Numbered from the stretch's first letter, positions 1 to 10,674 are shown. The stretch is 64,000 bases of DNA from an uncultured cyanobacterium (GCA_963793265.1 CAWBZI010000002.1:736001-800000); one strand, 5' to 3'. Translations and numbers: made by a program. The notes: generated by a model from the sequence alone, not told the origin.

Positions 1-1
1 C

Positions 2-169
2 CCAGATCCTTACGAACTGGGAGATTTTTACGAGGGGCCTGACGGGCGCAAAGGCGAGCCGCCTAGTTTGGAAAAAGCTTTAGTGTTTAGCCTGATGTTG
101 ACGCTGATTATTGTGTTTGGGCCAGGGGCTTATTCACTGGATGCTTTGCTGTTGGGCAGTACGCTGTAA
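2..169 (+). CDS. DoxX-family membrane protein, 3' end (partial, runs in from window edge)
   Basis: Manual translation of frame 2: PDPYELGDFYEGPDGRKGEPPSLEKALVFSLMLTLIIVFGPGAYSLDALLLGSTL*; hydrophobic helix followed by GPGxYSLD is typical of DoxX C-termini. Confidence 0.7.
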   Translation, partial: PDPYELGDFYEGPDGRKGEPPSLEKALVFSLMLTLIIVFGPGAYSLDALLLGSTL

Positions 170-226
170 GTCTTTATACATCGTAAGTTGTTGTTCGCCT
201 TTTAGATTACGACAGCTCAAAAATAC

Positions 227-269
227 TCCGGCTTTGAAGTGTGATGATCCGTTTCAAAGCCGGATTTTT
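227..269 (+). terminator. Intrinsic terminator-like hairpin
   Basis: TCCGGCTTTGAA (227-238) / TTCAAAGCCGGA (253-264) followed by TTTTT. Confidence 0.65.
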
Positions 270-376
270 CATTGCTTTATATGTCTATAGATAGCCTCTA
301 GAAACAGGCTCGTTTGATATTGTAAGGACGCTATAAACCAAATTTGGCCACAGGCTATTCAAAAACAGCGAAGACT

Positions 377-2308
377 ATGAAAATTGGGGCACGTCTGACT
401 GAGGATAACGGCGAGAAAGTCTGTAAGTTTACCGTGTGGGCACCGCTACTTGAAGAGGTTGCCGTTGAGATTGTCCGTACGCCGTCTGAAGCAAAATCAG
501 GATCTGATCTACTGCCGATGATCAAGGGCGATCGCGGCTACTGGCAGGCGATCGCACCCAATATCCCCGCTGGCACCCAATACCGCTACCAGCTAGAAGG
601 CGCTGACTCATGGCCCGATCCTGCCGCCGACTACCAGCCCGAAGGCGTTCACGGCCCCTCTGAAGTGATTGACCACAGCGCGTTTGAGTGGAGCGATCAC
701 ACCTGGCAAGGCATCCCCCTCAACGACTACATCATCTACGAACTGCACGTTGGCACCTTTACAGACGAAGGTACCTTTGAAAGTGCGATCGCCCGTCTGC
801 CCTACTTAGTTGAGCTTGGCATTACCGCCGTGGAGATCATGCCGGTTGCTCAGTTTCCAGGCGATCGCAACTGGGGCTATGACGGCGTATTTCCCTTCGC
901 CGTACAAAACTCATACGGTGGCCCTAATGGACTCAAGCAGCTTGTAAACGCCTGCCACGCGCATGGTTTAGCCGTTGTGCTAGACGTGGTGTACAACCAC
1001 TTCGGCCCCGAAGGCAACTACACCGGCAAGTACGGCCCCTATACCACTGACCGCTACCGCACGCCCTGGGGCAACGCCATCAACTTTGACGATGCCGAAT
1101 CTGGTGGCGTCCGCAACTACTTCATTCAAAACGCGCTGAACTGGCTAGACGACTATCACGTAGACGCCCTTAGACTCGACGCGGTACACGCTATTTACGA
1201 CTTCGGAGCCGAACATTTCTTACAGGCACTCTCTGAAGCCGTTGATGAGCTTGAAAGCACCCAGTCTCGTCCGCTGTACCTGATTGCTGAGAGCGATCTT
1301 AACGATCCCCGGCTCATTCGCAGCACCAGTAAAGGCGGCTACCAGCTAGACGCGCAATGGAGCGATGACTTTCACCATGCCCTCCACTCGCGACTAACGG
1401 ACGAAAAGATCGGCTACTACAGCGACTTCACAAATTTAGAAACGCTCGCTTTCGCTATTCGCAACCGCTTTGTTTACGCCGGACAATACTCACCCTTTCG
1501 TCGCCGTGACCACGGTGGCCCGGCCTTAGATTTGCCCTCAGAAAGGTTCGTAGTGTGCAGCCAAAACCACGATCAGGTAGGCAACCGGATGATGGGCGAT
1601 CGCTTCTCTACCCTGATTTCCTTTGAAGCCCAAAAAATTGCCGCTGCCACCACGATTCTTTCTCCCTACCTGCCGCTTCTCTTTATGGGCGAAGAATATG
1701 GTGAAAACGCACCGTTCCTATACTTTGTAGACCACGGCGAGCCTGATCTTATCGCCGCCGTTCGTGCGGGCAGAAAAGAAGAATTTAAAGACTTTCATGG
1801 CGAAGGCACACCGCCTGATCCAGCGGGCCTAGAAACCCTTGAGAAGTCCACGCTTAACTGGCCTACAGACAAGGACGCGGCCCAAGGTGCAACCTATGCC
1901 TCAGATTGGAAGCCTGAAAAAGGCAATACCCCTGCGCAGCAAATGAAGCTCTTGAAGTTTTACAAGCAGCTAATTAAGGTGCGTAAAGCGTGCAAAATCA
2001 TGAACACCTCTACCGCTTCAGACATCATTACCCAACACACCAACGACCTCCTTTACTACCGCCGCACCCGCCCTGATCCTGGCACGGGCGATTTGCTATT
2101 CATTATCAACTTTGGCGAGCAACCTCACAAAATTGGACTACCCTTAGGCAAACAAACTTGGAGACAAAAAATCAGCTCTTTGAGCACTGAATGGTCTACC
2201 GAAGCGGATAAAACAACTGAACTGCTCCCTGAAGTGCTCACTGCCGAAAGCACCCCTAATACATCTGTGCCCGCGATGAGTTTTGCACTCTACCAGTCAG
2301 ATATCTGA
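377..2308 (+). CDS. treZ: Malto-oligosyltrehalose trehalohydrolase (GH13)
   Basis: FTVWAP, YELHVGTFT, NWGYDGV, LRLDAVHAI, QNHDQVGNR motifs; adjacent to treY; ATG at 377 preferred over TTG at 344. Confidence 0.95.
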   Translation: MKIGARLTEDNGEKVCKFTVWAPLLEEVAVEIVRTPSEAKSGSDLLPMIKGDRGYWQAIAPNIPAGTQYRYQLEGADSWPDPAADYQPEGVHGPSEVIDHSAFEWSDHTWQGIPLNDYIIYELHVGTFTDEGTFESAIARLPYLVELGITAVEIMPVAQFPGDRNWGYDGVFPFAVQNSYGGPNGLKQLVNACHAHGLAVVLDVVYNHFGPEGNYTGKYGPYTTDRYRTPWGNAINFDDAESGGVRNYFIQNALNWLDDYHVDALRLDAVHAIYDFGAEHFLQALSEAVDELESTQSRPLYLIAESDLNDPRLIRSTSKGGYQLDAQWSDDFHHALHSRLTDEKIGYYSDFTNLETLAFAIRNRFVYAGQYSPFRRRDHGGPALDLPSERFVVCSQNHDQVGNRMMGDRFSTLISFEAQKIAAATTILSPYLPLLFMGEEYGENAPFLYFVDHGEPDLIAAVRAGRKEEFKDFHGEGTPPDPAGLETLEKSTLNWPTDKDAAQGATYASDWKPEKGNTPAQQMKLLKFYKQLIKVRKACKIMNTSTASDIITQHTNDLLYYRRTRPDPGTGDLLFIINFGEQPHKIGLPLGKQTWRQKISSLSTEWSTEADKTTELLPEVLTAESTPNTSVPAMSFALYQSDI

Positions 2309-2366
2309 TGCACAACTGTCCTGTCGCCTAGCCCATAACTAGATCCTCTTCTAAAGCGCCTTTCCT

Positions 2367-5180
2367 ATGCGAACTCCTGTTGCTACCTACCGCCTACAGT
2401 TCACGCCCGAATTCGGCTTTAGTAAAGCCAAAGAGATTGTTGAGTATCTCGATCAGCTCGGCATCTCAGACGTGTATGCCTCGCCTATCTTCAAAGCCCG
2501 TAGCGGCTCGCAGCACGGCTACGATGTTGTTGACCAAAATCAAATAAATCCTGAGCTAGGCGGCAGAGAAGGGTTTGATATTCTGGTTGAAGAGCTTCAG
2601 GAGCGCGGCATGGGCTGGCTGCAAGATATCGTACCCAATCATATGGCTTACGATGGCGAAAACCAGTACCTTATGGACGTGCTAGAGCACGGGCCAGAAT
2701 CGCAATATGTAGACTACTTTGATATCGAATGGGAGCATTCTTACGATGACATTCAGGGCAAGGTGCTCGCGCCTATGCTGGGAGACTTTTACGACCGATG
2801 CTTAGAACGGGGCGAGATTCAGCTTAGCTATGGAGAAGATGGCCTCAAGGTTAACTACTATGCCTTACAGTTTCCGGTAAGGGTGGAATCATATGCAAGC
2901 TTTTTGGTGCATGAGATATCGTGGCTGCGTCGGCAAATGGGCAGGCAGCATCCTGACTACATCAAGCTAGTCGGCATTTTAAACACAATTAAAAACACGT
3001 TTCCAGCGTTGCAGGGTCAGGCTCGTAGCGATCAGGCTACCTTTGTAAAACAACTTTTGTGGGATCTCTACGAGTCTAATAATGAGGTTAAGACTTTCGT
3101 TGCTCAAAACATCGAAACCTTTAACGGTCAGCCTGGTCAGCCAACAAGCTTTGATTTGCTTGACAAGCTGCTGCTAGAACAGTTTTATCGGCTCTCCTTT
3201 TGGAAGGTAGGCGCTGAAGAACTCAACTATCGCCGGTTCTTTACGGTGAACGAACTGATTTGCCTGAAGGTAGATAATCCTAAAGTATTCGATCAAACCC
3301 ATGCGCTCGTGCAGGAGCTAGTCAGGGCTAAACAGATCAACGGCCTGCGCATCGATCATATTGACGGGCTCTACGATCCGCTGAAGTATTTGCAGCGGCT
3401 AAATGAAAAGATGAATGGTGTGTACACCGTTATCGAAAAGATTTTGGAGCATGACGAGCAACTGCCTGCGCACTGGCCCGTACAGGGCACCTCTGGCTAC
3501 GAGTTTTTGAACTATGTGAACGGGGTGTTTTATCAGCAGCAAAACCAAAAGCACTTTACGCGCTTTTATAAGCAGTTCAGCGGCGTGCGCGATAGCTACG
3601 AACGGCTTTTTATTGAGAAAAAGCAGCTTATTGCAGATACTAACTTAGTCGGTGATATTGATAATCTTGCACGCTTTTTGAAGAAGGTTGCTAGCCAGTA
3701 TCGCTATGGCCGAGATCTTACGGCGAACGGCCTAAAAACGGCGATCAAAGAAGTGCTCGTCTCTTTTCCTATCTACTGCACCTATATTGATCAGCGGGGC
3801 GGTACAGAGCGAGATCTTAAGTATATTCAGACAGCGATCGCACGAGCCAGGAAACGCATTCCTCAGCTATTGAACGAGCTAGAGCTGATTGAGAAATTCT
3901 TGATGCTTGAGTTTGAAGACTCTTTGCCCGCAGACGAGCGAGCCCAATGGCTTCATTTCGTTATGCGCCTGCAGCAGTTTACCGGCCCGCTGATGGCAAA
4001 AGGACTAGAAGACACCTTGTTTTACGTCTACAACAGATTTATTGGCCTCAATGACGTAGGCGGCGCGCCCGAACACTTCGGCATCGCTCTTAAAGAGTTT
4101 CATCAATACAATCAGTATCAGCAGCAGCACTGGCCAAACGCGCTCAATGCCACCTCTACTCATGACACCAAACGCAGCGAAGACGTCAGGTCGCGCCTTA
4201 GCATCATCTCCGAACTTCCTGACGAATGGGAGAGCGAAGTCAAAGCCTGGAGCGAACTCAATGCCAACAAAAAACAAATCATTCACGATCAGCCCGTTCC
4301 TGAACCAAATGACGAATACTTTTTGTATCAAACCTTAGTGGGCGCGTATCCCTTTAGCGAAAAGGAACTCCCCGAATTTAGAGAGCGTGTAAAAGACTAC
4401 GTAGTTAAAGCCGTCCGTGAAGCCAAAGTGCACACCGCCTGGCTGCGGCCCGATGAAGACTACGAGAATGGCTACGTTCATTTTGTTGAAACTATTCTCA
4501 CGCCTAGCAAAGACAATATCTTTCTTGAAAAGCTTCAGCACTTTCAGTCTAGAGTGGCCGAATACGGCATGTATAACGCACTCTCCCAGCTACTTATCAA
4601 GCTCACAGTGCCCGGCGTACCCGACTTTTACCAGGGCACCGAGCTTTGGGACTTGAGCCTGGTCGATCCTGATAACCGCCGTCCGGTTGACTATTCAAAG
4701 CGCCTTAGCGCCCTGCAAGATATTGACACCCGCTGGAAAAAGCAGCCTGCTACGCTGATTAAAAACTTACTCAAAAACAGGACTGACGGCAGCATCAAGC
4801 TGTTTCTAACGATGAGAGGGCTGGCCGCTCGAAACTACTTCCGCAACGTATTTAGAAGTGGCACCTACCATCCGCTGACCGTCACAGGAGAAAAAGCCGA
4901 TCACATTATCGCCTTTGCTCGGCACAAAGGAGAGCACACTGTTATCACCGTCGTGCCCAGATTTTTGACGAACTTGGTAGAGCCCGGCACCGTTCCAATC
5001 GGCGCAGATGTATGGGGCAATACGGCCATAGAACTACCCGCAGGCGCTCAGGCAAAATGGCAAAACTGGCTGACTGGCGAAGCCGTTGATATTACAGATA
5101 ATCCGAAAGTTGGAGATTTGTTTAAGCAGCTTCCGCTGGCCCTACTGGTTAGTGAAGATCATAGTTTGAACGTGTCTTAG
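2367..5180 (+). CDS. treY: Malto-oligosyltrehalose synthase
   Basis: ATYRLQF, HGYDVVD, DIVPNHM, LRIDHIDGL, STHDTKRSED, SLVDPDNRRPVDY. Confidence 0.96.
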   Translation: MRTPVATYRLQFTPEFGFSKAKEIVEYLDQLGISDVYASPIFKARSGSQHGYDVVDQNQINPELGGREGFDILVEELQERGMGWLQDIVPNHMAYDGENQYLMDVLEHGPESQYVDYFDIEWEHSYDDIQGKVLAPMLGDFYDRCLERGEIQLSYGEDGLKVNYYALQFPVRVESYASFLVHEISWLRRQMGRQHPDYIKLVGILNTIKNTFPALQGQARSDQATFVKQLLWDLYESNNEVKTFVAQNIETFNGQPGQPTSFDLLDKLLLEQFYRLSFWKVGAEELNYRRFFTVNELICLKVDNPKVFDQTHALVQELVRAKQINGLRIDHIDGLYDPLKYLQRLNEKMNGVYTVIEKILEHDEQLPAHWPVQGTSGYEFLNYVNGVFYQQQNQKHFTRFYKQFSGVRDSYERLFIEKKQLIADTNLVGDIDNLARFLKKVASQYRYGRDLTANGLKTAIKEVLVSFPIYCTYIDQRGGTERDLKYIQTAIARARKRIPQLLNELELIEKFLMLEFEDSLPADERAQWLHFVMRLQQFTGPLMAKGLEDTLFYVYNRFIGLNDVGGAPEHFGIALKEFHQYNQYQQQHWPNALNATSTHDTKRSEDVRSRLSIISELPDEWESEVKAWSELNANKKQIIHDQPVPEPNDEYFLYQTLVGAYPFSEKELPEFRERVKDYVVKAVREAKVHTAWLRPDEDYENGYVHFVETILTPSKDNIFLEKLQHFQSRVAEYGMYNALSQLLIKLTVPGVPDFYQGTELWDLSLVDPDNRRPVDYSKRLSALQDIDTRWKKQPATLIKNLLKNRTDGSIKLFLTMRGLAARNYFRNVFRSGTYHPLTVTGEKADHIIAFARHKGEHTVITVVPRFLTNLVEPGTVPIGADVWGNTAIELPAGAQAKWQNWLTGEAVDITDNPKVGDLFKQLPLALLVSEDHSLNVS

Positions 5181-5297
5181 AATTGAGCGTATCTCAGAAG
5201 GCAGCCAGCGAATTCTTAATTCGTGCTTTAGCAGGATACGTCTACGTACGTGAATACGCTAGGATCAAACGAATGCATTCAAAAGGACGATTGTTTC

Positions 5298-5747
5298 ATG
5301 GTAGATAAGGTCATAAAAACGGATGAAGAGTGGAAGGAGCAGCTTACGCCTGAAGCCTATCAGGTAACTCGCAAAGCGGGCACCGAACGTGCCTTCACCA
5401 GCCCACTCAATAACAATAAGAGTGAGGGCATCTACCGTTGCGTTTGCTGCAACTCTGAGCTGTTTGACTCTAGCACCAAGTTTGACTCAGGCACTGGCTG
5501 GCCTAGCTTCTATGCGCCAAGCGAGCCCGAAAACGTTCAGAATAAAAAAGACTTCAGCCACTTCATGATCCGCACAGAAACCGTTTGTGCGGTATGTGAT
5601 GCCCATCTGGGTCATGTCTTTAGCGATGGCCCTAAGCCTACTGGCAAGCGCTACTGCATGAACGGCGCGGCGCTTACCTTTGAAAAGGCCGATATCGACG
5701 GTGACGGACAAATCAGCGAAGGCAAAACAGCTCAAACGGCCAGCTAG
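5298..5747 (+). CDS. msrB: Peptide-methionine (R)-S-oxide reductase
   Basis: [36 protein letters not shown] at 5298. Confidence 0.95.
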   Translation: MVDKVIKTDEEWKEQLTPEAYQVTRKAGTERAFTSPLNNNKSEGIYRCVCCNSELFDSSTKFDSGTGWPSFYAPSEPENVQNKKDFSHFMIRTETVCAVCDAHLGHVFSDGPKPTGKRYCMNGAALTFEKADIDGDGQISEGKTAQTAS

Positions 5748-5750
5748 TCA

Positions 5751-6593
5751 ATGCGGCTGCATACCGAAGTTAAAGGAAGCGGCTTTCCTATCTTGTGCCT
5801 GCACGGGCACCCAGGCAGTGGGAAAGCTATGAGCGTTTTTACAGAACCTTTGTCTGTAGGAACTGCTCAGCTTCCCTCGTTTAGAACAATAGCGCCTGAC
5901 CTTCGAGGCTACGGGCTGAGTAAAACGGCCTATCCTTTCGAGATGAAAAGCCATCTCGACGATTTAACAGAACTCATTGCCCACTACAACATCGAAAAAT
6001 GTGTGGTGCTGGGCTGGTCGCTGGGTGGCATTTTAGCCATGGAGCTAGCGCTGCGAAGACCAGACGTTGTGCAGGGGCTCATATTGGTCGGTACGGCGGC
6101 AAGGCCCAAGGGCTCGCATCCGCCTATTACACTGCAAGACAATGTATTGACTGGTTTAGCAGGTGCGCTGAACTGGGCGCTGCCACGCTGGGAACCCGTG
6201 CAGAAACGGGTGAGAAAGCTGGGGCAAAAGTCTCTTTTCCGCTATCTCATTGGCCAGCATACGCCGCTGGCTTACCAGTATTTGGCTCAAGAAGGCGCAC
6301 CTGCCTATCTACGCACGAGCCGCTACGCCGATTCAGCGCTGTCCATGGCCATTCGTGCGGGCTATAACCGGGTACCGGACGTTAAAACGCTGGCTGTTCC
6401 AGCACTGATGCTTTGTGGAGAGTGCGATCGCCACATCACCGCCGAGTCCAGCCTAGAAACCGCCCGCGCCTTGCCCAACTGTGAAAGCCGCTGCTACCCT
6501 GACACTGCCCACCTTTTCCCCTGGGAAATTCCTAGCCAGGTAAACGCCGATATCAGCCATTGGCTAGTCGCTCACGCCGACATTTGGCAATAA
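5751..6593 (+). CDS. Alpha/beta fold hydrolase
   Basis: LHGHPG, PDLRGYG, GWSLGG nucleophile elbow, C-terminal catalytic His (TAHL). Confidence 0.88.
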   Translation: MRLHTEVKGSGFPILCLHGHPGSGKAMSVFTEPLSVGTAQLPSFRTIAPDLRGYGLSKTAYPFEMKSHLDDLTELIAHYNIEKCVVLGWSLGGILAMELALRRPDVVQGLILVGTAARPKGSHPPITLQDNVLTGLAGALNWALPRWEPVQKRVRKLGQKSLFRYLIGQHTPLAYQYLAQEGAPAYLRTSRYADSALSMAIRAGYNRVPDVKTLAVPALMLCGECDRHITAESSLETARALPNCESRCYPDTAHLFPWEIPSQVNADISHWLVAHADIWQ

Positions 6594-6649
6594 GTTAACA
6601 TCAAACATAAACTAGCTCCTACCCACTCACGCGCTAACGAATCAGCCCC

Positions 6650-8104
6650 ATGTTAATCCAAACTCCAGACTGGGTGAAGCACGCCGTCTTCTACCAAATT
6701 TTTCCTGACCGCTTTGCCCGCACTAGCGATAGCAATTTGCCACCCGAAATGCAGGTACCCCTAGAGCCCTGGCATACGCCCCCAACTCAGCAAGGCTATA
6801 AAGGCGGGGATTTGTGGGGTGTGGCCGAGCGCTTAGACTATCTTCAGGCATTGGGCATCACAGCTATCTACTTCACGCCTATCTTTCAGTCAGCTAGCAA
6901 CCACCGCTACCACACTCACGACTACTACACTGTCGATCCGCTATTAGGTGGCAACGAAGCCTTCTTCGACCTGCTCGAAGCCGCTCACGCTCGCGATATA
7001 AAAGTTGTTCTAGATGGCGTATTTAACCACGCTAGTCGAGGCTTTTTTTACTTCAACGATATTTTAGAAAATGGCCCTAACTCCCCCTGGGTTGACTGGT
7101 TCAAGATTAAGAAGTGGCCACTTTCTGCCTACGATGGCGAGCATCCGGCAAACTACGAAGGCTGGATCAACAATCGCGCGCTGCCTGAGTTTAACCATGA
7201 AAACCCGCAGGCACGAGAGTACATTATGCAGGTGGGCGAGTTTTGGATTGAGCAGGGCGTTGACGGCTGGCGGCTAGATGTGCCGTTTGAGGTAACCGCT
7301 AAAGGATTCTGGACTGAGTTTCGCACGCGAATTAAGGCGATCAATCCTGAAGCCTACATTGTCGGAGAAGTGTGGACAGATTCTCGGCAGTGGCTTGCAG
7401 GCGATCAGTTTGACGGGGTGATGAACTACCTGTTTACAGGGCCAGCGATCGCCTTTGCCGCCAAGCAAAATGTCGATATGTCTTTGGTCGAAACGGTAGA
7501 CTATTTTCCTTACCCAGCGCTGGATGCTAAAGGCTATGCTCAGAAGATTGAAACGCTGCTGAACTTATATGACTGGGAGATTCAACAGGCTCAGTTAAAC
7601 CTGCTATCTAGCCATGATATTGCCAGAGCGCTCAGCGTGATGGGTGAGGACAAAGCCAGCATGGAAATAGCAACTTTGTTACTCTTGACCTTTCCTGGCC
7701 CGCCCAGCATTTACTATGGTGACGAAGTGGGCTTGCCTGGGGGCTTAGATCCTGACTGCCGTAGAACGTTTCCTGAAGAGAAAGCGTGGGATGTGAGTTT
7801 GTTTGAAACTCATAAAACTTTGATTGCGCTGCGACATGAGCATCCGGCGCTGCGTACAGGCACGTATAGAACGCTGGCGGCAGAAGGGGATTGCTATGTG
7901 TTTTCGAGGATACTGGGCGAAGAGATGATGGTCGTGGCGGTGAACTCGGGCGATCGCACTGTTCAAGTGCGCTTAGCTGATATGGATGGAGATAGCGGCG
8001 AGGTTTTGTATGGCGGTGGCAAGGTGGACTGGGTAGGCGATCGCACCGCTATGCTAGAAATTCCGGCTCGCTCAGGCATGATATTAGGCAACCAGCAGGA
8101 TTAA
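6650..8104 (+). CDS. nplT: GH13 neopullulanase/cyclomaltodextrinase-like alpha-amylase
   Basis: FYQIFPDRFA, GGDLWG, SNHRYHT, DGWRLDVP, IVGEVW, IYYGDE, DPDCRR. Confidence 0.85.
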   Translation: MLIQTPDWVKHAVFYQIFPDRFARTSDSNLPPEMQVPLEPWHTPPTQQGYKGGDLWGVAERLDYLQALGITAIYFTPIFQSASNHRYHTHDYYTVDPLLGGNEAFFDLLEAAHARDIKVVLDGVFNHASRGFFYFNDILENGPNSPWVDWFKIKKWPLSAYDGEHPANYEGWINNRALPEFNHENPQAREYIMQVGEFWIEQGVDGWRLDVPFEVTAKGFWTEFRTRIKAINPEAYIVGEVWTDSRQWLAGDQFDGVMNYLFTGPAIAFAAKQNVDMSLVETVDYFPYPALDAKGYAQKIETLLNLYDWEIQQAQLNLLSSHDIARALSVMGEDKASMEIATLLLLTFPGPPSIYYGDEVGLPGGLDPDCRRTFPEEKAWDVSLFETHKTLIALRHEHPALRTGTYRTLAAEGDCYVFSRILGEEMMVVAVNSGDRTVQVRLADMDGDSGEVLYGGGKVDWVGDRTAMLEIPARSGMILGNQQD

Positions 8105-8147
8105 AATCGGTGGCACGATGGCTATAACGCCATTGTGCCACCGATTT
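8104..8147. terminator. Hairpin between convergent genes
   Basis: AAATCGGTGGCACGATGG / CCATTGTGCCACCGATTT near-perfect inverted repeat. Confidence 0.7.
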
Positions 8148-8163
8148 AGCCGCAGATGTCCAT

Positions 8164-9180
8164 CTACTTAACCTTCAGAACAATCTTCCCGGTTTGTTGA
8201 TTAGACTCCAACGCTTCGTGCGCCGCAACAACCTCTTCCAGACTGAAAATTTCACTGATCTTCGGCTTCAGCCGACCGTCTGCAAGTCGTGGCAGCAAAA
8301 AGTCTCTCGCTTCAGCGACAGCATCCGTTTGCTGGGGCATCTCGAACAGTGGATAGCCCGTGTATGCAAAGACGGTGTAGCCATAGAGACTAATGTTCTT
8401 AGCCAAAATTGTCATCACCGGCAGCGTCGGCTCTGCTTGATCCAAAATGCCGTACATGATGTAGCGCCCACCAATTGCGAGGCTGTTGAGTAAAAGCGGG
8501 ATGGTTTTTCCGGCGATCGCATCAAACACCACATTCACACCTTTACCATCCGTAATCTCCTGCACGCGCGCCACTAGATCCTCTTGGCTAGTCACAATCA
8601 CATGATCCGCGCCCGCCTCAGACAGTTGCGCCGCCTTCTCTCGCTTGCGAGTAGTCGCAATAACTGTAGCGCCCAATTGCTTGGCTAGTTCAATGCCAGC
8701 AAAGCCAACGCCACCAGTGGCAGCCGTCAGCAGCACGGTACTGCCCTCGCTCAGTTCTCCCATCGTCTTGAGCGCGAAATAAACTGTTGTATACTGCACG
8801 CCCACACAGGCTGCGGCTTCAGCAGAAAGAGACTCGGGCCAGGGCCATAGCGCGATCGCAGGAACAATCGCAGCCTCGCCATATACGCCGTGCTCAGACT
8901 GAGAGAACGCTGGAATCGTGAGGACGCGATCGCCTACAGCTACATTCGTAACATTTGCCCCAACCGCCTCAACAGTCGCAGCTACGTCATATCCTAGCTT
9001 AGAAGGAAGTTCAGGCGATTCGATGTATTGATCAACACGAAGCATAGCATCTGCCCGATTAAGGCCAATTGCCTCAATTGCAATGCGAACTTCACCAGCA
9101 CCGGGTTCTGGTAGCTCTAGCGTTTCAAGTTTTAGAACGCTGGGTTCGCCAAACTCACTAAATCGGACTATTCGCGTCAT
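8164..9180 (-). CDS. MDR-family NADPH:quinone oxidoreductase-like protein
   Basis: AIGLNRAD, TAATGGVG nucleotide-binding motif, GADHVI, GKIVL C-terminus. Confidence 0.88.
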   Translation of the reverse strand: MTRIVRFSEFGEPSVLKLETLELPEPGAGEVRIAIEAIGLNRADAMLRVDQYIESPELPSKLGYDVAATVEAVGANVTNVAVGDRVLTIPAFSQSEHGVYGEAAIVPAIALWPWPESLSAEAAACVGVQYTTVYFALKTMGELSEGSTVLLTAATGGVGFAGIELAKQLGATVIATTRKREKAAQLSEAGADHVIVTSQEDLVARVQEITDGKGVNVVFDAIAGKTIPLLLNSLAIGGRYIMYGILDQAEPTLPVMTILAKNISLYGYTVFAYTGYPLFEMPQQTDAVAEARDFLLPRLADGRLKPKISEIFSLEEVVAAHEALESNQQTGKIVLKVK

Positions 9181-9389
9181 AGCTATGTAGAGAATATAGA
9201 CTGCAATGAAAGCTTATCAGCAGTAGAGAAATTAGACACAGCTACACTCACAAATAAAAGATGAGACTCATTCCGTTATCTCTTAACAGTCCCTCAACAT
9301 CTTCTCAGCCGATAATCATACGCTAACTAAATCGCTTGTCATGATAGAGAAGAACAAAGCGACCTGACATAAGTATCAGGACTCATTCA

Positions 9390-9653
9390 ATGAAAAGATT
9401 CTTCTTTGCAACAACAATTGCGCTTACAGCTACAGTCAGCACAATTTTAGGCGCTGCTGCACCGGCCTCTCGCGCCTTCGAGGATGCTCAGCCTTTATCC
9501 TTTCAAAAGACAGCTTCAGAAACAGCCCATGAGGCGACAGATCCCAGATTCCAAAAGGAGAAGCCCACTGACAAATCCGAAGTAGAAGTGGGCCAGAGCA
9601 AAGGGCACCGCCGGGGGTTCAGCCGTCGTGGCTTTGGCCGTCGTGGTCACTAA
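9390..9653 (+). CDS. Small secreted protein with Gly/Arg-rich tail
   Basis: MKRFFFATTIALTATVSTILGAAAPASRA signal peptide; AGGA upstream; tail GHRRGFSRRGFGRRGH. Confidence 0.7.
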   Translation: MKRFFFATTIALTATVSTILGAAAPASRAFEDAQPLSFQKTASETAHEATDPRFQKEKPTDKSEVEVGQSKGHRRGFSRRGFGRRGH

Positions 9654-9786
9654 GCTCAACCCTATTTATTCCTCACGCTCAAAATCTAAATCTATAGGTA
9701 GATTTATTAATGCCGCAGTAGACATAGTTTTAAGGGCAATAGATGACTATGCTGAATCGAGCTAGATCAAATAGGAGAAATGGTAG

Positions 9787-10674
9787 GTGCCGACCAAGGA
9801 TAGACACTCATACGCCAAGCCTACCGTACTCGTTAACTGCCATCACCACAACGCCGAAAATCCGCTGTGGCACCCTCACCACAAGCAGATTTACTGGACG
9901 GATATTCCTAACGGCAGGCTGTTTCGCTACGACCCAAACAATGAAGGCTACGAGCAAATTTATTTAGGAGAACCCGTCGGCGGCTTTACTATTCAAGCGG
10001 ATGGCGCGCTGCTCTTGTTTAAGACCCATGGGACGGTAGAGATTTGGAATAAGGGCGAAGTGACCACGGTGATAGCGGAGATTCCTGAGGTGAAGGGAAC
10101 GCGGTTTAATGATGCGATCGCTGATCCTGAAGGCAGGGTATTTTCTGGCACGATGGCCAAAGGCAAAACGCCTGGCAGACTCTATCGTATTGATACTGAT
10201 GGATCGGTTCACGAGATAGTAAAAGATCTTTTAGTACCCAACGGAATGGGATTTTGCGCTGACTACAAGCATTTTTACCTCACCGACTCTGACCAGCGAA
10301 CAATCTACCGATTCGACTACGATCAGGCTACGGGTAGCTTAAGCAATCAACAGGAATTTATCAAAACGCCACCAGACGCAGGCGTTCCTGATGGGATGAC
10401 GGTAGATGATGAAGGCTATATTTGGTCGGCTCGCTGGGGAAATGGCCATGTCTATAGATATAGCCCTGACGGTAAAGAGGTGCTGCGCATTCCGCTGCCG
10501 ACACCTAAAGTAAGCTGCGTCACCTTGGGCACAGAAAGCTACAAGAGACTGATAATTTCCACCGCCCGAGAAGATCAAGATATTGGGATGGACAATGTTG
10601 CAGGCGATTTATTTCATCTACAAGTAGAGGTTAAGGGACGGCCAGAGCTATTGTCTCAGATTACGATTGGTTGA
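9787..10674 (+). CDS. SMP-30/gluconolactonase/LRE family protein
   Basis: ENPLW, RFNDA, PNGMGF, PDGMTVD motifs; GTG start with AGGAGA RBS. Confidence 0.92.
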   Translation: MPTKDRHSYAKPTVLVNCHHHNAENPLWHPHHKQIYWTDIPNGRLFRYDPNNEGYEQIYLGEPVGGFTIQADGALLLFKTHGTVEIWNKGEVTTVIAEIPEVKGTRFNDAIADPEGRVFSGTMAKGKTPGRLYRIDTDGSVHEIVKDLLVPNGMGFCADYKHFYLTDSDQRTIYRFDYDQATGSLSNQQEFIKTPPDAGVPDGMTVDDEGYIWSARWGNGHVYRYSPDGKEVLRIPLPTPKVSCVTLGTESYKRLIISTAREDQDIGMDNVAGDLFHLQVEVKGRPELLSQITIG

